Below, one piece after another: positions 12,484 through 24,526 of a stretch of DNA of 64,000 nt. The DNA is taken from assembly GCF_006345805.1 (NCBI RefSeq), contig NC_043003.1, positions 30,256,001-30,320,000 on the forward strand, in the 5' to 3' direction. How positions within the stretch are numbered: position 1 is the first letter of the stretch; every line of letters begins with the position of its first letter. The notes below the pieces were generated by a model. The model was not told where the DNA came from and did not search any database. It saw nothing but the letters and a program-made list of their open reading frames with translations. This stretch comes from Octopus sinensis (Eukaryota). A program made the position numbers and the translations under genes.

Positions 12484-14181
12484 TTACAGTGGTATGGTTT
12501 CTTTCTTGCATGGGGATATTTGTGAAGTCAATTCACTATTACGAGAAAATTTATTACCAGATATCACAGTATTATAGTCTCTTGTGTGAACACGCATGTG
12601 AGTAGTCACATTTCCATTACGAGAGAATGCTTTACCACAGATATCACAATGATATGGTTTCTCTCCCGAGTGAATACGTTTATGACTAGTCATATTTCCA
12701 ACAGAGGAGAATTTTTTGCCACAGATATCACAATGGTATGGTTTCTCACCTGTGTGAATACGTATGTGCCTAGTCAAATGAAAATTACGGGAAAACTTTT
12801 TACCACAGATATCACAATTATATGGTTTCTCACCTGTATGAATACGTTTGTGAAGAGTTAGTTTAGAAGTAGAAAAAAATGTCTTACCACAGATATCACA
12901 AGGATAGAGTTTCTCACCTGTGTGATTAAGCATATGAGAAGTTAAACTAGGCTTTTGGGAGTATGCTTTACCACAAATATCACAGTGGTATGGTTTTTCC
13001 CCTGTGTGACAACGTTTATGAATAGTCAATTCACCGTTACGTGAGAATGTTGCACCACAGATATCACAATGGTATGGTTTCTCACCTGTATGTATACGTT
13101 TGTGAACTGTCAAAGCACTACTACATGTGAAAGTTTTACCACAGATATCACAATGGTAGGGTTTTTCACCTGTGTGAGTACGTTTGTGAACAGACAAGGT
13201 ATTACTACGAGGAAATGTTTTCCCACAAATATCACAGTGGTATGGTTTCTCACCTGTGTGACTACGTTTGTGAATAGTCAATTCACCATTACGAGAGAAT
13301 GTTTTACCACAGATATCACAGTGAAAGGGTTTCTCACCTGTGTGAGTACGTTTATGGTTAACTAAATGTACATGCATATAAAATTTGTTACCACAGATAT
13401 CACAATGGTATGGTTTTTCACCTGTATGCTTACGCTTATGAACATTCACTTCATAATTACGAGAGAATGTTTTACCACAAATATCACAGTGGTATGGTTC
13501 CTCACCAGTATGAGTACGTTTGTGAACAGTTAAAATACCATTACGAGAGAATGTTTTACCACAGATATCACAATGGTATGGTTTCTCACCTGTGTGAATA
13601 CGTTTGTGACTAATCACATTTCCATTGTATGTGAATGATTTACCACAGATATCACAATGGTATGGTTTCTCACCTGTGTGAATACGTTTGTGACTAGTCA
13701 AATGCTCATTCCAAGAAAAATTTTTACCACAGACATTACAGTAGTATGGTTTCTCCCCTGTGTGAGTACGCTTATGACTAGTTAAATAATCATTCCGAGA
13801 GAATGTTTTACCACAGATATCACAGTGGTATGGTTTCTCACCTGTATGTGTACGTTTGTGTCTCATCAAAATTCTACTGTTAGAAAATGTTTTACAACAT
13901 ATATCACATTGGTATAGTCTTTTAACTGTGTGAGTACATTTGTGTGATAACAATGAACCCTTTGTAGTGAACCCTTTGCCACAAACTTTACAATGGTAAA
14001 CATTTGGACTTGTGCAAAGTGACTTGTGTTTACTAATATATTTATGCCTTATAAATGTTTTTTTCTTGATGTCACAGTGTTCAGATTTCTTCTTTAAATC
14101 TTCCTTAGTTTTGTGAGAAAAGTCATTAGTCTCACAATGTGTGTCATTATAAACTTGATTTTCACACAGTTTCTCCTCCAT
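12484..14181 (-). CDS. C2H2 zinc-finger protein (ZNF-A), 565 aa, 17 canonical fingers, no KRAB/ZAD/BTB/SCAN domain evident
   Basis: Open frame with 17 C-x2-C-x12-H-x3-H repeats, mostly joined by TGEKP linkers. ATG taken at 14181 (MEEKLCENQ) by homology with paralogs B and C; the track's start at 14205 is a non-ATG codon. Confidence 0.95.
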   Translation of the reverse strand: MEEKLCENQVYNDTHCETNDFSHKTKEDLKKKSEHCDIKKKTFIRHKYISKHKSLCTSPNVYHCKVCGKGFTTKGSLLSHKCTHTVKRLYQCDICCKTFSNSRILMRHKRTHTGEKPYHCDICGKTFSRNDYLTSHKRTHTGEKPYYCNVCGKNFSWNEHLTSHKRIHTGEKPYHCDICGKSFTYNGNVISHKRIHTGEKPYHCDICGKTFSRNGILTVHKRTHTGEEPYHCDICGKTFSRNYEVNVHKRKHTGEKPYHCDICGNKFYMHVHLVNHKRTHTGEKPFHCDICGKTFSRNGELTIHKRSHTGEKPYHCDICGKTFPRSNTLSVHKRTHTGEKPYHCDICGKTFTCSSALTVHKRIHTGEKPYHCDICGATFSRNGELTIHKRCHTGEKPYHCDICGKAYSQKPSLTSHMLNHTGEKLYPCDICGKTFFSTSKLTLHKRIHTGEKPYNCDICGKKFSRNFHLTRHIRIHTGEKPYHCDICGKKFSSVGNMTSHKRIHSGEKPYHCDICGKAFSRNGNVTTHMRVHTRDYNTVISGNKFSRNSELTSQISPCKKETIPL

Positions 14182-14631
14182 GTTGTTTGTTAAAAAAAAG
14201 AACAACTATAATTCCTTCCTTTATTGTTATTTGTGAAGTCAAATTGGTTGTTCATAAGGGGTATGCTAAACTACTGAGCACAAGGTCATGAAATAAAAAC
14301 ATACTGTTAATGGTAGTCTATTTAATCTGACAATTAGAATATTTTAAATGTGTCTCAGCTATTAATAAGCTTCTTTTAAATATATTGGAGAACAGTCATT
14401 CCTCACAAGACATTACTCATTAGCCATGTCAAATCTTCTATTAAATTTCTTGAGTTCGATCATCGTATAAAATCAGCCATGGAATTTATTTCAATGGACC
14501 TCAGAAAATTGCTGTAAAGTTAGATAACACTGTTTTATTTTCTATAAAACCATTCTTAAAACTTTCATATTCTTCAAAGATTTGTTGATGTGTCTTGGGT
14601 GAAAAATTGTCACCTCAAGTTACCAGATAAC
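14182..14631 (-). other. Putative 5'UTR part of the last exon of ZNF-A, starting at a conserved splice acceptor
   Basis: TCTCTTTATTTCAG|GTTATCTGGTAACTTGAGGTGACAATTTTTCACCCAAGACACATCAAC matches the acceptor regions at 24040/24041 (B) and 37688/37689 (C). Confidence 0.6.
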
Positions 14632-15464
14632 CTGAAATAAAGAGATAATAACTCATATCAGACAATTAAATATCATCACAAATGATATTAGAGAAAAATA
14701 TTGAGAGAAAACATGATGTGAGTTTTGATTTGTGGAACAACACTAGGTTATCATGTATCTATTCGAGAAAATTATCAAAGTTTCATGGTGTCATTGGAAA
14801 ATTGGAGTGAAGCATGAAGGTTGCATGGATGAATGATACCTGTGTACAGAAGAGTTATAAGGAAAGAGTAATATCATCTACATACGAATGTGTGTTACTA
14901 GAGCTGACAGCAAGTAAGTAGTTAAAGTACAAAAACAACGTATTGGAGAAAGTTCTGCCAACATAGATATCAATAATGCTGTCATCTATTAAGTTTCTGA
15001 TCCAAGGAGAATATTGAAGCTGAGTTTCAAGATTTAGTCAATATTTATTTTAAGTTTCTGGATTTAGTCATGCACTATTTTTCCATGAACCTCTTTCATT
15101 TGACTTAAATATTTTAAATTTTTGTAGCATTTCTGATCTTTCTGATGTCTAAGGATGGACATTAATGTGTGTGTGGCGTTTTTCAAATGTAATTCTGGAT
15201 AATTAAAAGGGCAAATTTACATTATCTTACTAATTTTGCCCCAGCAAAATTAGTAAGATAATTAGCCAAAAAAAGAACAGTGATAATTTTCTGAAATAGT
15301 GTTCTGAATATATTATTGTTTTTAATACATTTAGAGAAGGTCATTTGCTTCGCTGATATAGGAATTGTAAGGAGGTGAACATTTATAAAATATATTATTT
15401 CTCAAGGTCAGAAGCACATTAAATATTCCTCATTGCCCTCTTTGTTAAAAAGTTTATCTTTTAT

Positions 15465-15693
15465 CCTTTACTTGTTTCAGTCAATTAAACTGCAGCCATG
15501 CTGGCAGTCTTGAAGAATTTTTAATCGAATGAATCGACCCGAGTATTTTTTAGCTTGGTATTTATTCTATCGGTCTTTTGCTGAACCGCTAAGTTACGAG
15601 GGCGTAAACAAACCGACACTGGTTGTCAGTGATGAGGGACAAACACAAAGACATAAACACATATATACATACACACACACACACACACATATA

Positions 15694-15747
<54 letters not shown>

Positions 15748-15890
15748 AGGTTTCTTTCAGTTTCCGTCAATCAAATCCACTCACAAAACTTTGGTCAGCC
15801 GAGGCGATAGTAGAAAACCCTTGCCCAAAGTACCATGCAGTGGGACTGAACCCTGAACCATGTAGTTGGGAAGTAAACTGATCAAACGCA
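15465..15890 (-). mobile_element. Full-length tRNA-derived CORE-like SINE with internal (TA)n/(CA)n tract
   Basis: Reverse complement of the 34748-35098 and 45925-46310 family, from the head GGTTCAGTCCCACTGCATGGTACTTTGGGCAAG to the tail CAGCATGGCTGCAG..ACTGAAACAAGTAA. Confidence 0.85.
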
Positions 15891-16078
15891 AGGCTTGCAC
15901 CTCGTTGAAGTGCAAGAGACTTTCAAAGTGAACCAACTCGGAACAGTCTGATAAAAGTGTCAATTAATGATAACGATATTTGCCGGAGGGTGACCCTGGC
16001 TAAGAATAACGATATTAATCTACATAGGTCTGTAGATCTACGACATTATATCAGCAATAGATAGATAGATAAGGAAAG

Positions 16079-16172
16079 GGCGGAGGTAAACAATACGCAC
16101 ACCACCCGACTTCGGCGTAACCCTAAACCTAACCGCCGAAAACGGGAGGTGTGTGTATTCTTTACCTTCACC
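16079..16172. mobile_element. 94-bp palindromic mini-MITE with 9-bp target-site duplication and telomere-like loop
   Basis: 39-bp arms (32/39 complementary) with GG...CC ends and loop TAACCCTAAACCTAAC. A perfect TAAGGAAAG direct repeat flanks it at 16070-16078 and 16173-16181. Confidence 0.85.
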
Positions 16173-16545
16173 TAAGGAAAGATATGACATTCATTTCTTC
16201 GCAGCGTCGCATGTTTTATGTGATTCATTCCGACGATCATTTGATCAGTTGTATTTAAAATGGCTACCAATTGACATTTATAAAAACAAATTATTATTCG
16301 GCTAAATAACACTTCTGGAGTAAAAGAATACAGTCCAATAAAGATTCACTTGAATAAATGTTTACTGTAACACTTCATTGGACTTGAATAAATTCCTTAC
16401 TCGACTCATAACTTCGTGTGATTTTAAAGCACTTTTGCAAGATGCCTTCTTTTATGTCCATCGGTTTCTTCACTTTATCTTACTGAACTCATCAAAACAA
16501 ACAAATGACATGTGGAAGAAAGACAGGTATATCAATAATACTTAC

Positions 16546-16722
16546 ATATTAATATAGACCTATGTAACAATATTAGAACGTAAGTTGTAATGTGACAACG
16601 ACAGCTTCCAAGCTTTTGCAGCAAACATTGATTTCCATTTTCAAAGCAACAAAGAATCTGTACTGTTCCTCTACACAGTTAATTAGCAATCGATCCAACT
16701 GAATGGCAGATATAACCAAGAA
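16546..16722 (-). other. Putative internal non-coding exon of ZNF-A
   Basis: Acceptor TTTTCTCTAACAG| (16723) and donor AT|GTAAGT (16545). The sequence is homologous to 19726-19931 (+) and ~31295-31495 (+). Confidence 0.55.
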
Positions 16723-17754
16723 CTGTTAGAGAAAAATAACCAGCTAAGAAGATTAAGACGAGAAAATTTGGGAACAATAAACCGACAGGGGAAATAACTC
16801 TAATTGTATTTTATTAATAAGCTACTGTTCTAAAAGAATTCTACGTGACAATTCTTCATTAAAACTACTAGTTTCACATTAATTATTGTCACTATAATCA
16901 TCAAATATATATATTTTTCTATTTTAGTATAAGTTTGTGTGGCTGCCAGTGAAGAAACCATGTTTAGGCTGATGGGAATGTTTTTTATCCAACGAAGTCA
17001 TAGTACAAATACTAGTTTCGAATTTAAAAAAAATCTAAAATACGAGAATATTTCAAGTATTAAATTTTTCTATTATGAAATAAAACAATAGAAAATATTC
17101 TTTATATCTTTGTATAAAGATGTAAAACACAAGAGTATTTCAGTCATCTTTCTATTTTATTTTTATGAAGTAAATTTACTCAATGCTTTTCAATAGCCGG
17201 AGGTTAAATAACTTGAAGATAATAACTACAAATAAATTGGAAAATCTCACGATCAAGTTGCTGATTAAGCTATGATCTGCGATCTACAAAAAACAAAATA
17301 ATCATATATTCATTTCTCTATGTTAGCTTTCAGCCACCAAGAATTAAAACTGAACTATTAATTGCCAGTAAGGAGACTATCTCGTTTTGCGACCATAATA
17401 TACTATCAAGCCTATTGAGCGTTTATAAATGAATAGTGTGCCTTTATTATTATTAATTGATTTTTATTTTGCAGCGTTATTGTTCCAGTGTACTCAATTA
17501 CATAAATATTCCACATTAAAATACACATCGAAAACCAAAGATAACACAATCATGAGCGAAAAAAAAAAGAAAGAAGAAAAACATCAATTCAACACTAAGC
17601 GTCTCAGTCGATCGCGTGCAATAAGGCTCAACGAAACCTATTGAAGCAAGCCAACACGCTCGCAGCATTACCGCAGATGATGGCGAGGTTACGGCGCTGT
17701 AACAGCCAGGCACCCACACTGGCATTACCTGACACCTCAGTAAGGCGAGCTGCT

Positions 17755-18115
17755 AACGATGACAGGAACTTCGCTGTCAGCTGCACAGCTCTTCCAAATA
17801 TCTCAAAAGTCACAGGCCGGGAGAAATGGTTCACCGACAAGTTCCGATACTTAGGGATTTTGTTCCGATGTCCTCCGACTCATTCGAGTGACTACTTATA
17901 CTGGCCCGACCCATAAGGTAGGTGCCTCATCTGAGACGCCAATCAGTGACTCCTTTGCCACCCTAACATCCTGGATGCTGTAGTAAACGGGTGAGTCTTG
18001 CTTCTGTAGCCGAACGGAACAAAATCCTAAAATATCGGGAATTGTCAGTAAGCCCTTTCTCTACTTTGTGACCTTTGAAGGAGCTGGGCCGCTAACAAGA
18101 GTTCTTGTCATCGTT
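17755..18115. promoter_or_regulatory. CpG-rich imperfect inverted repeat: likely bidirectional promoter with mirrored first exons of ZNF-A and ZNF-B
   Basis: Arms 17755-17867 and 18015-18115 are reverse complements around a 147-bp spacer containing CGCCAATCAG (CCAAT at 17939-43). Donors sit at homologous positions in the arms: CG|GTGAAC (-, 17834) and CA|GTAAGC (+, 18048). CpG density is high relative to the flanks. Confidence 0.65.
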
Positions 18116-18531
18116 TTGTGTTGGCAGTCCATTGTTTCCATTTTAAGTTTATCTCTACTGGGTTTGTACAGAGTTCAGAGCCAGCCCTGAAAGTTATGAC
18201 ATTTCTATACGAATACGACTATGTAAACAATGAGATCGAAGACAGAAAACATAGGTAAAGCGTGTATATGCATATTTCAAAAGTTATTGTTTTTTCTTCA
18301 GCACCACATCCAAGTCATCTACAAACGCTTTGGTTAAATATCCATTAAGTTTATGTGTGTAACGCTATTGGATAGACCAATTTACATATTCAACACATTC
18401 CTTGTAACTGAAACTTAAATATTAATTCCTAACAAGGAGGTAGTATTTCGTTTTGCAACCTTAAAAACTAATGTGTGTGCGTGTGAAAGAAATGTCAGCT
18501 TTTTTTTCTATTTTAAATAAATTATATTATT

Positions 18532-18936
18532 GGGATCTTTTCGGTTTGAACGGCAGTTTTTAACATAATTTCTAGGTAACTAAAAAATTTTAAACTTCGT
18601 ATACTGGTAGAATGTGTTTATAAAATATCTTTTTCTCTTGGCTTTATTGAGAAAATTCTATAGTTTGTAAGATATTTGGTTTTTAATTTCTTGCATTTCG
18701 GCAATTTCAACCAATCAATGACAATCTATTGAGGTGAAAACATTCTGTACCGTATGAATATGTCCCTCGTTTAAGAAACAGATTGGGTTTATTTACATTT
18801 GTGAAGAAAAAAAGATACCCTTCCCCTAACCCTAAAATAGATTGAAATGCAATAGATCGATACTAGGGTCATAATTATGGGTGACAATTTCATATGACAC
18901 CGCTAGAAAAACTGCCGTTCAAACCAAAAAGATCTT
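18532..18936. mobile_element. Non-autonomous DNA transposon (MITE), ~405 bp
   Basis: TIR GATCTTTT(C/T)GGTTTGAACGGCAGTTTTT at both ends (28 bp, 1 mismatch), with ATTATT on both flanks. Internal CCCCTAACCCTAAA at ~18824. Confidence 0.8.
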
Positions 18937-19725
18937 ATTATTGTCCTCAGACAGAGAGAGAAATCCATTTCTCTACCGTAAGCTTTCATATATTCTTGTT
19001 TACTTTTCGAAATGACATCAGTTTGCAATTACTTTTTAGTGTATTTGTTTGTTTTTGTCTTTTTCAACAGAAAAAAATGTTTTGTTTTCAATAATGTAAC
19101 CCGTAATGATGTTTAATTTCAAGTACTTGTTGTTCGTTTCACTCCTGCTTGATGTCCATGTCTATTTTTGTAGATTCTCTGTTTCAGTTTTTCCATTTTC
19201 AATTGCTCACTTAGATCCGTACTCCTAATTTTTTTTTTAATTAGCTAACCAGTGTCAAATATATAACACGTTACTGACATTTACCAACTCATTATTTTAA
19301 CCATGAGAAATATTATTTTCTATTATTTAATCTTTTAGCGTTAAAAATATCAAATAATTGAAATCATAAAAAGTAGAAGTATTTTTGTAATTTGCTCCAT
19401 AAAAATTATTTCAGCAACATTACCTTACAAAAAATTAAAATTTCCATTCTTTTAAAATGTTTTAAACAAAACAGTATTTATAAAGCGAATAAATATTCGA
19501 AACTTAGGCTATGAAAACGAAACTATCTGCCAGTCTTCCGCCAATCATCAAAATCACCAAAAGTAAATATTAGACGAAGTATATTCATCATGTCGAAGAT
19601 GATAATGAAGTGTGGAAAATCATAAGGCAACTTATAATAATCAAGTACACAGCTTTTAGACTCCTTGACAATAGAGATACTTCTCTTGACTCTTAAATTT
19701 TCACAAATTCTGTTCACATCTATAG

Positions 19726-19931
19726 CCGTCATCTGTACTTAACTATCATTTAGACGATGAATTTGAATATAGTTGATTGGTAATGAACTCTGTAAGACAT
19801 ACAGAATTCTTGATTAGTGAACTTAAGAATAGAAATTAACGTTTATCGTAAAAGGCTGAAGTTCTCTTGAAGCTATCATTATCCACTCTTACTTGAACAA
19901 AGGCAACATATTACACATTGTGACTACGTAT
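19726..19931 (+). other. Putative internal non-coding exon of ZNF-B
   Basis: Acceptor TTCTGTTCACATCTATAG| (19725) and donor AT|GTAAGT (19932). TGATTGGTAATGAACTCTGTAAGAC..TACAGAATTCTT mirrors the ZNF-A exon. Confidence 0.55.
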
Positions 19932-20134
19932 GTAAGTATGTTAATATAATTATCTACATAGTACTACGTTATTTTTCATACGTTTGTTTTTATATGCTTA
20001 ATAATAATATAAATTTTACGAAACTAATTGATATTCTCATGTTAGACTAATGATGCTGTTATCCTCTCTCCTGCCTCATCTGATTATCTTCACACTACAT
20101 AAAACATGAAGGTTCGCAGAGAAAACAGAAATTG

Positions 20135-20625
20135 ATGTAGAAGGGGAAGGTGGCGAGGAGGGTATCGAGGTAGGCAGTGATAAGTTCAGTATGGTCAGTT
20201 ATTAGTGGAGACAATTGGGCAACTGGGGTTTTGGGGTTTATGGATCGATTAGGTTGGAAGTAGTGGGGGAGGAGGGCACGGGGCGATGGAAGGAGTTCCA
20301 CAAATGTACCACTGCATTTCTGTAGAGGTTGGCCCGCCATACCACCACGTCAGCGCCCTTGTCCGCCGGTTTGATGACGATGCCGTCGCAGTGAAGAGGG
20401 GAATAGAGAGTGACAAGTTCGGTTCTGGAGTTGCTCTTGCGTTATGATGGTTTGGGGAAGTTGAAGTGGTTAATTGCATGGCGACCAGCATCACTGAATA
20501 GATCCAGATTGCTGAAATGGCTAGGAATCGGTGGTGACCGAAGCAAGTGAAGCAACTGGAAGCAGTTGGTGCAGGAGAACTGTTGCCATAAAAAGCATAT
20601 AGCTAGATACAGTGCAGAAACCATT
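20135..20625 (-). mobile_element. Penelope-like retroelement fragment (N-terminal RT region)
   Basis: The minus strand reads ..GIVIKPADKGADVVVWRANLY.. and ..TELITAYLDTLLA.., both characteristic PLE RT motifs. Confidence 0.8.
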
Positions 20626-23539
20626 CAATTTTAGTATGGGTTTGGAACTGTGTCCATCTCCAATGTTTGTTTTGGCATGGTTTCTATGGTTAGGACACCT
20701 TTCCTAAAAACCAACTGTTTTACAGTGAATTGGGTGATTTATCTATGAGACCAGCACTAGTGAGGTTGACAATTACTTGCAAGACAGAAAAGACTCTGAG
20801 TGGGATTGAAGTAGATGGGGAAGTGGCTTTATGTCAGGTGTTGAAAGACAGAAGTTTGATAGAGGTACAGGCACAAGTGTCTTGTTATAGAGGAGATACA
20901 TGTTTATCTTGCATTATATAAGGATGAGTGGGAGTAGCTGGAAAGAAGACAATGATGGTGATGGCAAGGTGTCAGAGCATACTCTTAAGATAGAAGAAAG
21001 TGAATATGAGGGAATATAGACAAAGAATCCGGAAGTGTGGGTAGGTAAACTCATTAGAGTGTAAGAATGGCAGATGATTAGCGTTGGGCATAGAGGTCAT
21101 TGCAGTAAATGGATCAAAGAAACCTGATGGAGAGAATGAAAGTCATACTTGTAATCTTTTTCTCAGACTTTGTATTATCTAATTTGTCTGTACACTTTTA
21201 ATTCTGTATGGTGTTTGTTGAGGGAAGATTTGGCTGCTATCTCTAGCAGGTTGAGCAACCACATAGAGACTCATTTGCTAGCTTGTCTACTTTACTCTAG
21301 TAAAGTCTATATGTGTGATTTCTCTATATGTTCAGCAACTGTTTAAAACTGAAGTATTTTATAGATCTAAGCATGAGCCTCAATCTTTATGATGTAGCCT
21401 TTAAAATATATTGTTTCTATAAAGGTTAAAGAGATTTTAAAACCTCTCATTGTAATGAGCATTTATGGATGTCCTGTTTGAGTGTGATTTGTTGGTACAT
21501 ACAGTTTGTGTTTTTGTTTAACAAGACCAAATTATCAAATCCCAATTGTATGATGTTTTTCAGGTCCTTTTCATGGTATATAATCGCATCATGTAGGAAA
21601 TGTTGATGTTTTGTTTGAATAGGATTTATATACAGAAGATGATGCAATAAAGATTAAATTAAATACGGAATGCGTAGGATTAGGTTGAGAGTGGGTTAGT
21701 AATGCAGTTAAAGAACTGTCTCGGAGAGATAACATTGTTCTTAAATATACCCAATTGATAGAGTATCTGTGGTAGTGCTCTGAGTGATAATTAAGTTGGT
21801 AAAGTGATACCACGAGAGGAGAATGATTGAAGTGAAAATCATGTAAAAAAAATAACAACTTAGCTTTCACCATATTTCTGACAGGGAGAGACTAGTGATG
21901 AGTAATGTTCAAAAGAAATAATCTAATGACTTGAGCTCTACAGATCATATACTGGTGATCAAGAAATTAAACAATCAAAGTGTAAGCTCTGCATGTTTGT
22001 GCATGAGTTTAGGACAGCTTGCACAATGTACTTAGCTATAGAGAATGATTCAAGATATAAACATATTTACTACACTAAGTTTTGATGTTAGATTGATTAA
22101 CCAAACTCATTTACATTATAATTGGGATTACTATGTGCATTTAATATTATTAATACTTGTTAAGAACTTTAGAATAATTGTTAAGGGAAAATGGCAGTAG
22201 AGGATTAGATGGAAAGTTGTGTACAGTCAGTGGGTTGAAATAAAAGTAGACTCTGCTGTAGTAATAGTAGCATATACAACTTTATAGGGAAGTCAAATAA
22301 CCTCTTATGATTACAGTCCAGAATATGTTGGTATGAATGATCAACTGTTGGACATATTTGAACATTCTGTAATTTTATTGTGTTTATTGCCTCATGCAGT
22401 TGACTGAAGCACTTCAGTGGGAGTAAATGAAGTTGCAATATGTAGTACCTGGTTACTTCGTCCCACAGGAAAGTATAAATTTGACAATTTGAAACTTCTC
22501 ATCCCATTTCACATGTTATGACCAGTTCTCTGCCTCTGGTCTGTTCTCTCAAACGTCTACACATCTTCCCACAGTGCTCTAGTACTTCAGTTAACTCAAT
22601 AATTCTAAACCAGGGTGATAGCACCCCTTGGTTGGGGGTGCTACCGGCTAGGTTTAGAATAACTGTGGTATTGTAAACTCATAAAGAGGTATTATAAGAA
22701 GTACTAGGTGTTTAAATGCTGTTATTTTCCTTAGAAATAAAATATTTAAACAAAGTGCAATACTTATATTTCATATACATTTTCAAAAGAACTTTGTGTC
22801 AAGCATAAAATATAATACATTGTTTTTTCAGTGAGCAGAAGTATGTGTTGATGTGACAGAATAAAAATCTTATTTTATTATATAAATCACCACCTTCTCT
22901 AGTAATTTTCATAAAATTCAACATAAGGAATAATAATCCAGGTAAATATTTAAAAGAAGGCATAGATAGGATAATATAAGGAAATATGAATGATAAACCA
23001 TAGCATGAAATTGCCGATTTCATTTAGATAATCTGCTTTTGATTTATTTAATTTGTAAAATATGGGAGGAGGTGTGCCATTTGGAGGAAAGGAGCATTAA
23101 GCTACAAAATGATGAAAAGCATTGAATTAACTGATCAAGTTCCACCACTTCTGAGACAACTAAATATATATGTAACTAACACCATCTTCCAAACTATACG
23201 CCTTTACATTCCTCATACAACTAAATCTTTTAACTCTCAAATGTTTTTTTTTTATTGCTACTGAGTTGTAGTAATATTATCAGTGAACACTGCAAACAAT
23301 TCCTGGAGGAAGACACTGGTACCAACCTGATTATCAAACTTTAACAACCTTTTATTAATTATATATATGTTCTGTTTATTCTATCATTCATAGACATTGC
23401 TTCATCATCATCGTTTTAATTTTTATGGATGGATACTCTTTCTGTTGCAAACTTACAAGCAAGCTAATTTCCCTATGGCCATTTTCACAAAAGATTGGAA
23501 ATGAAAGAACTGCTTTTATGATGGTGATGCTCATTTGCA

Positions 23540-23770
23540 ACTATCACATGATGTCGAGACAAGGCAATACAAACACACACTCTCTCTCTCACACATGCAC
23601 ACACACACATACATACACAACAGATTTCTTTCGGTTTCTGCCTACCAAATCCACTCACAAGATTTTGGTCATCTCTGGATGACACTTTCCCAAGGTGGCA
23701 TGCCATGGGACTGAACTTGAAACTGTGCTTGGGAAGCAAATTTCTTAACCACACAGCTATATCTGTGCCA
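23540..23770 (-). mobile_element. CORE-like SINE, 5' half
   Basis: CCAAATCCACTCACAAG..GACACTTTCCCAAGGTGGCATGCCATGGGACTGAAC..TTCTTAACCACACAGC. Confidence 0.7.
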
Positions 23771-24040
23771 TAAATACATAAAGAAGATTTCACTCTGTGT
23801 TTGTCTATATTTATTATATTCTGCTTCCCTTAACTTCTCATCCCATTTCACATGATGACCAGTTCTCTGCCTCTGGTCTGTCCTCTCAAACTTCTATTCT
23901 TATCTATCATAAATCTCATGATATTTTTCCATAGTTTTCTTCAGTCTCTTTCTTCCAGTTCTATCTTTCATTATCTCTGATGTCTCTTCTTTGTTCATAT
24001 ATAATTATCTCTCATTTTTTACTATCTCTTTTTTTTTTAG

Positions 24041-24526
24041 TGTATCTGGTAATAACTGAGTTGACAATTTCTCACACAAGACACATCAAGAGATTTATGA
24101 AAAATATGAAAAGCTGAAGAATGACTTAATAGAAAAAATATAACAGTGGTTATATAACCTAAAGAAATATTTCAACATTTTTTGAAAATGAATGGAAAAT
24201 TTAGCACAGTTGATGTAAATATTAGCCACATGTTGTATGCTTGAGCTGAGTCATATAAATTCAAGGATTAAATCTTGGAGAAGAAATCTGTCCTCAAACA
24301 TACTTGAAAGATGTTATGTATAACTGAGACAAAAGTACAAATATTTTCAAATATTTATGTCACATAAAATAGACTGTATTATCAGTAAGTTTTGATCTCC
24401 TGATTATTCAGTAGTCTAGCATGTTAATCACAGTGTCTCTTTGCCTTCTAACCACACAATTTATTTTCACAAAATTATATAATAATAATAAAAAGGAATA
24501 ATATTTTATGACCGACAAATCACATA
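24041..24526 (+). other. Putative 5'UTR part of the last exon of ZNF-B
   Basis: Polypyrimidine tract plus TTTTAG|TGTATCTGGTAATAACTGAG..TTTCTCACACAAGACACATCAA, homologous to A and C. Confidence 0.6.

Noticed and set aside
12586-13613. Antisense ORFs over ZNF-A (and similar short alternative-frame ORFs over B and E)
   Set aside because: These are by-products of the 84-bp finger periodicity, with no independent coding signal.
12600-14000. Regular 84-bp repeats that superficially resemble a CRISPR array
   Set aside because: They are in-frame C2H2 finger/linker repeats in a eukaryotic gene, with no spacer structure or cas genes.
15529-15963. Short ORFs rich in YIYI/THTH and SINE-derived ORFs across the window
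   Set aside because: These are translations of microsatellites and SINE or RTE 3'UTR sequence, not genes.
17918-17996. Extra plus-strand donors (AAG|GTAGGT 17918, CGG|GTGAGT 17991) as the ZNF-B first-exon end
   Set aside because: Plausible alternatives, but they lie in the unduplicated spacer and cannot be ranked against 18048 without transcript data, so they were not called as features.
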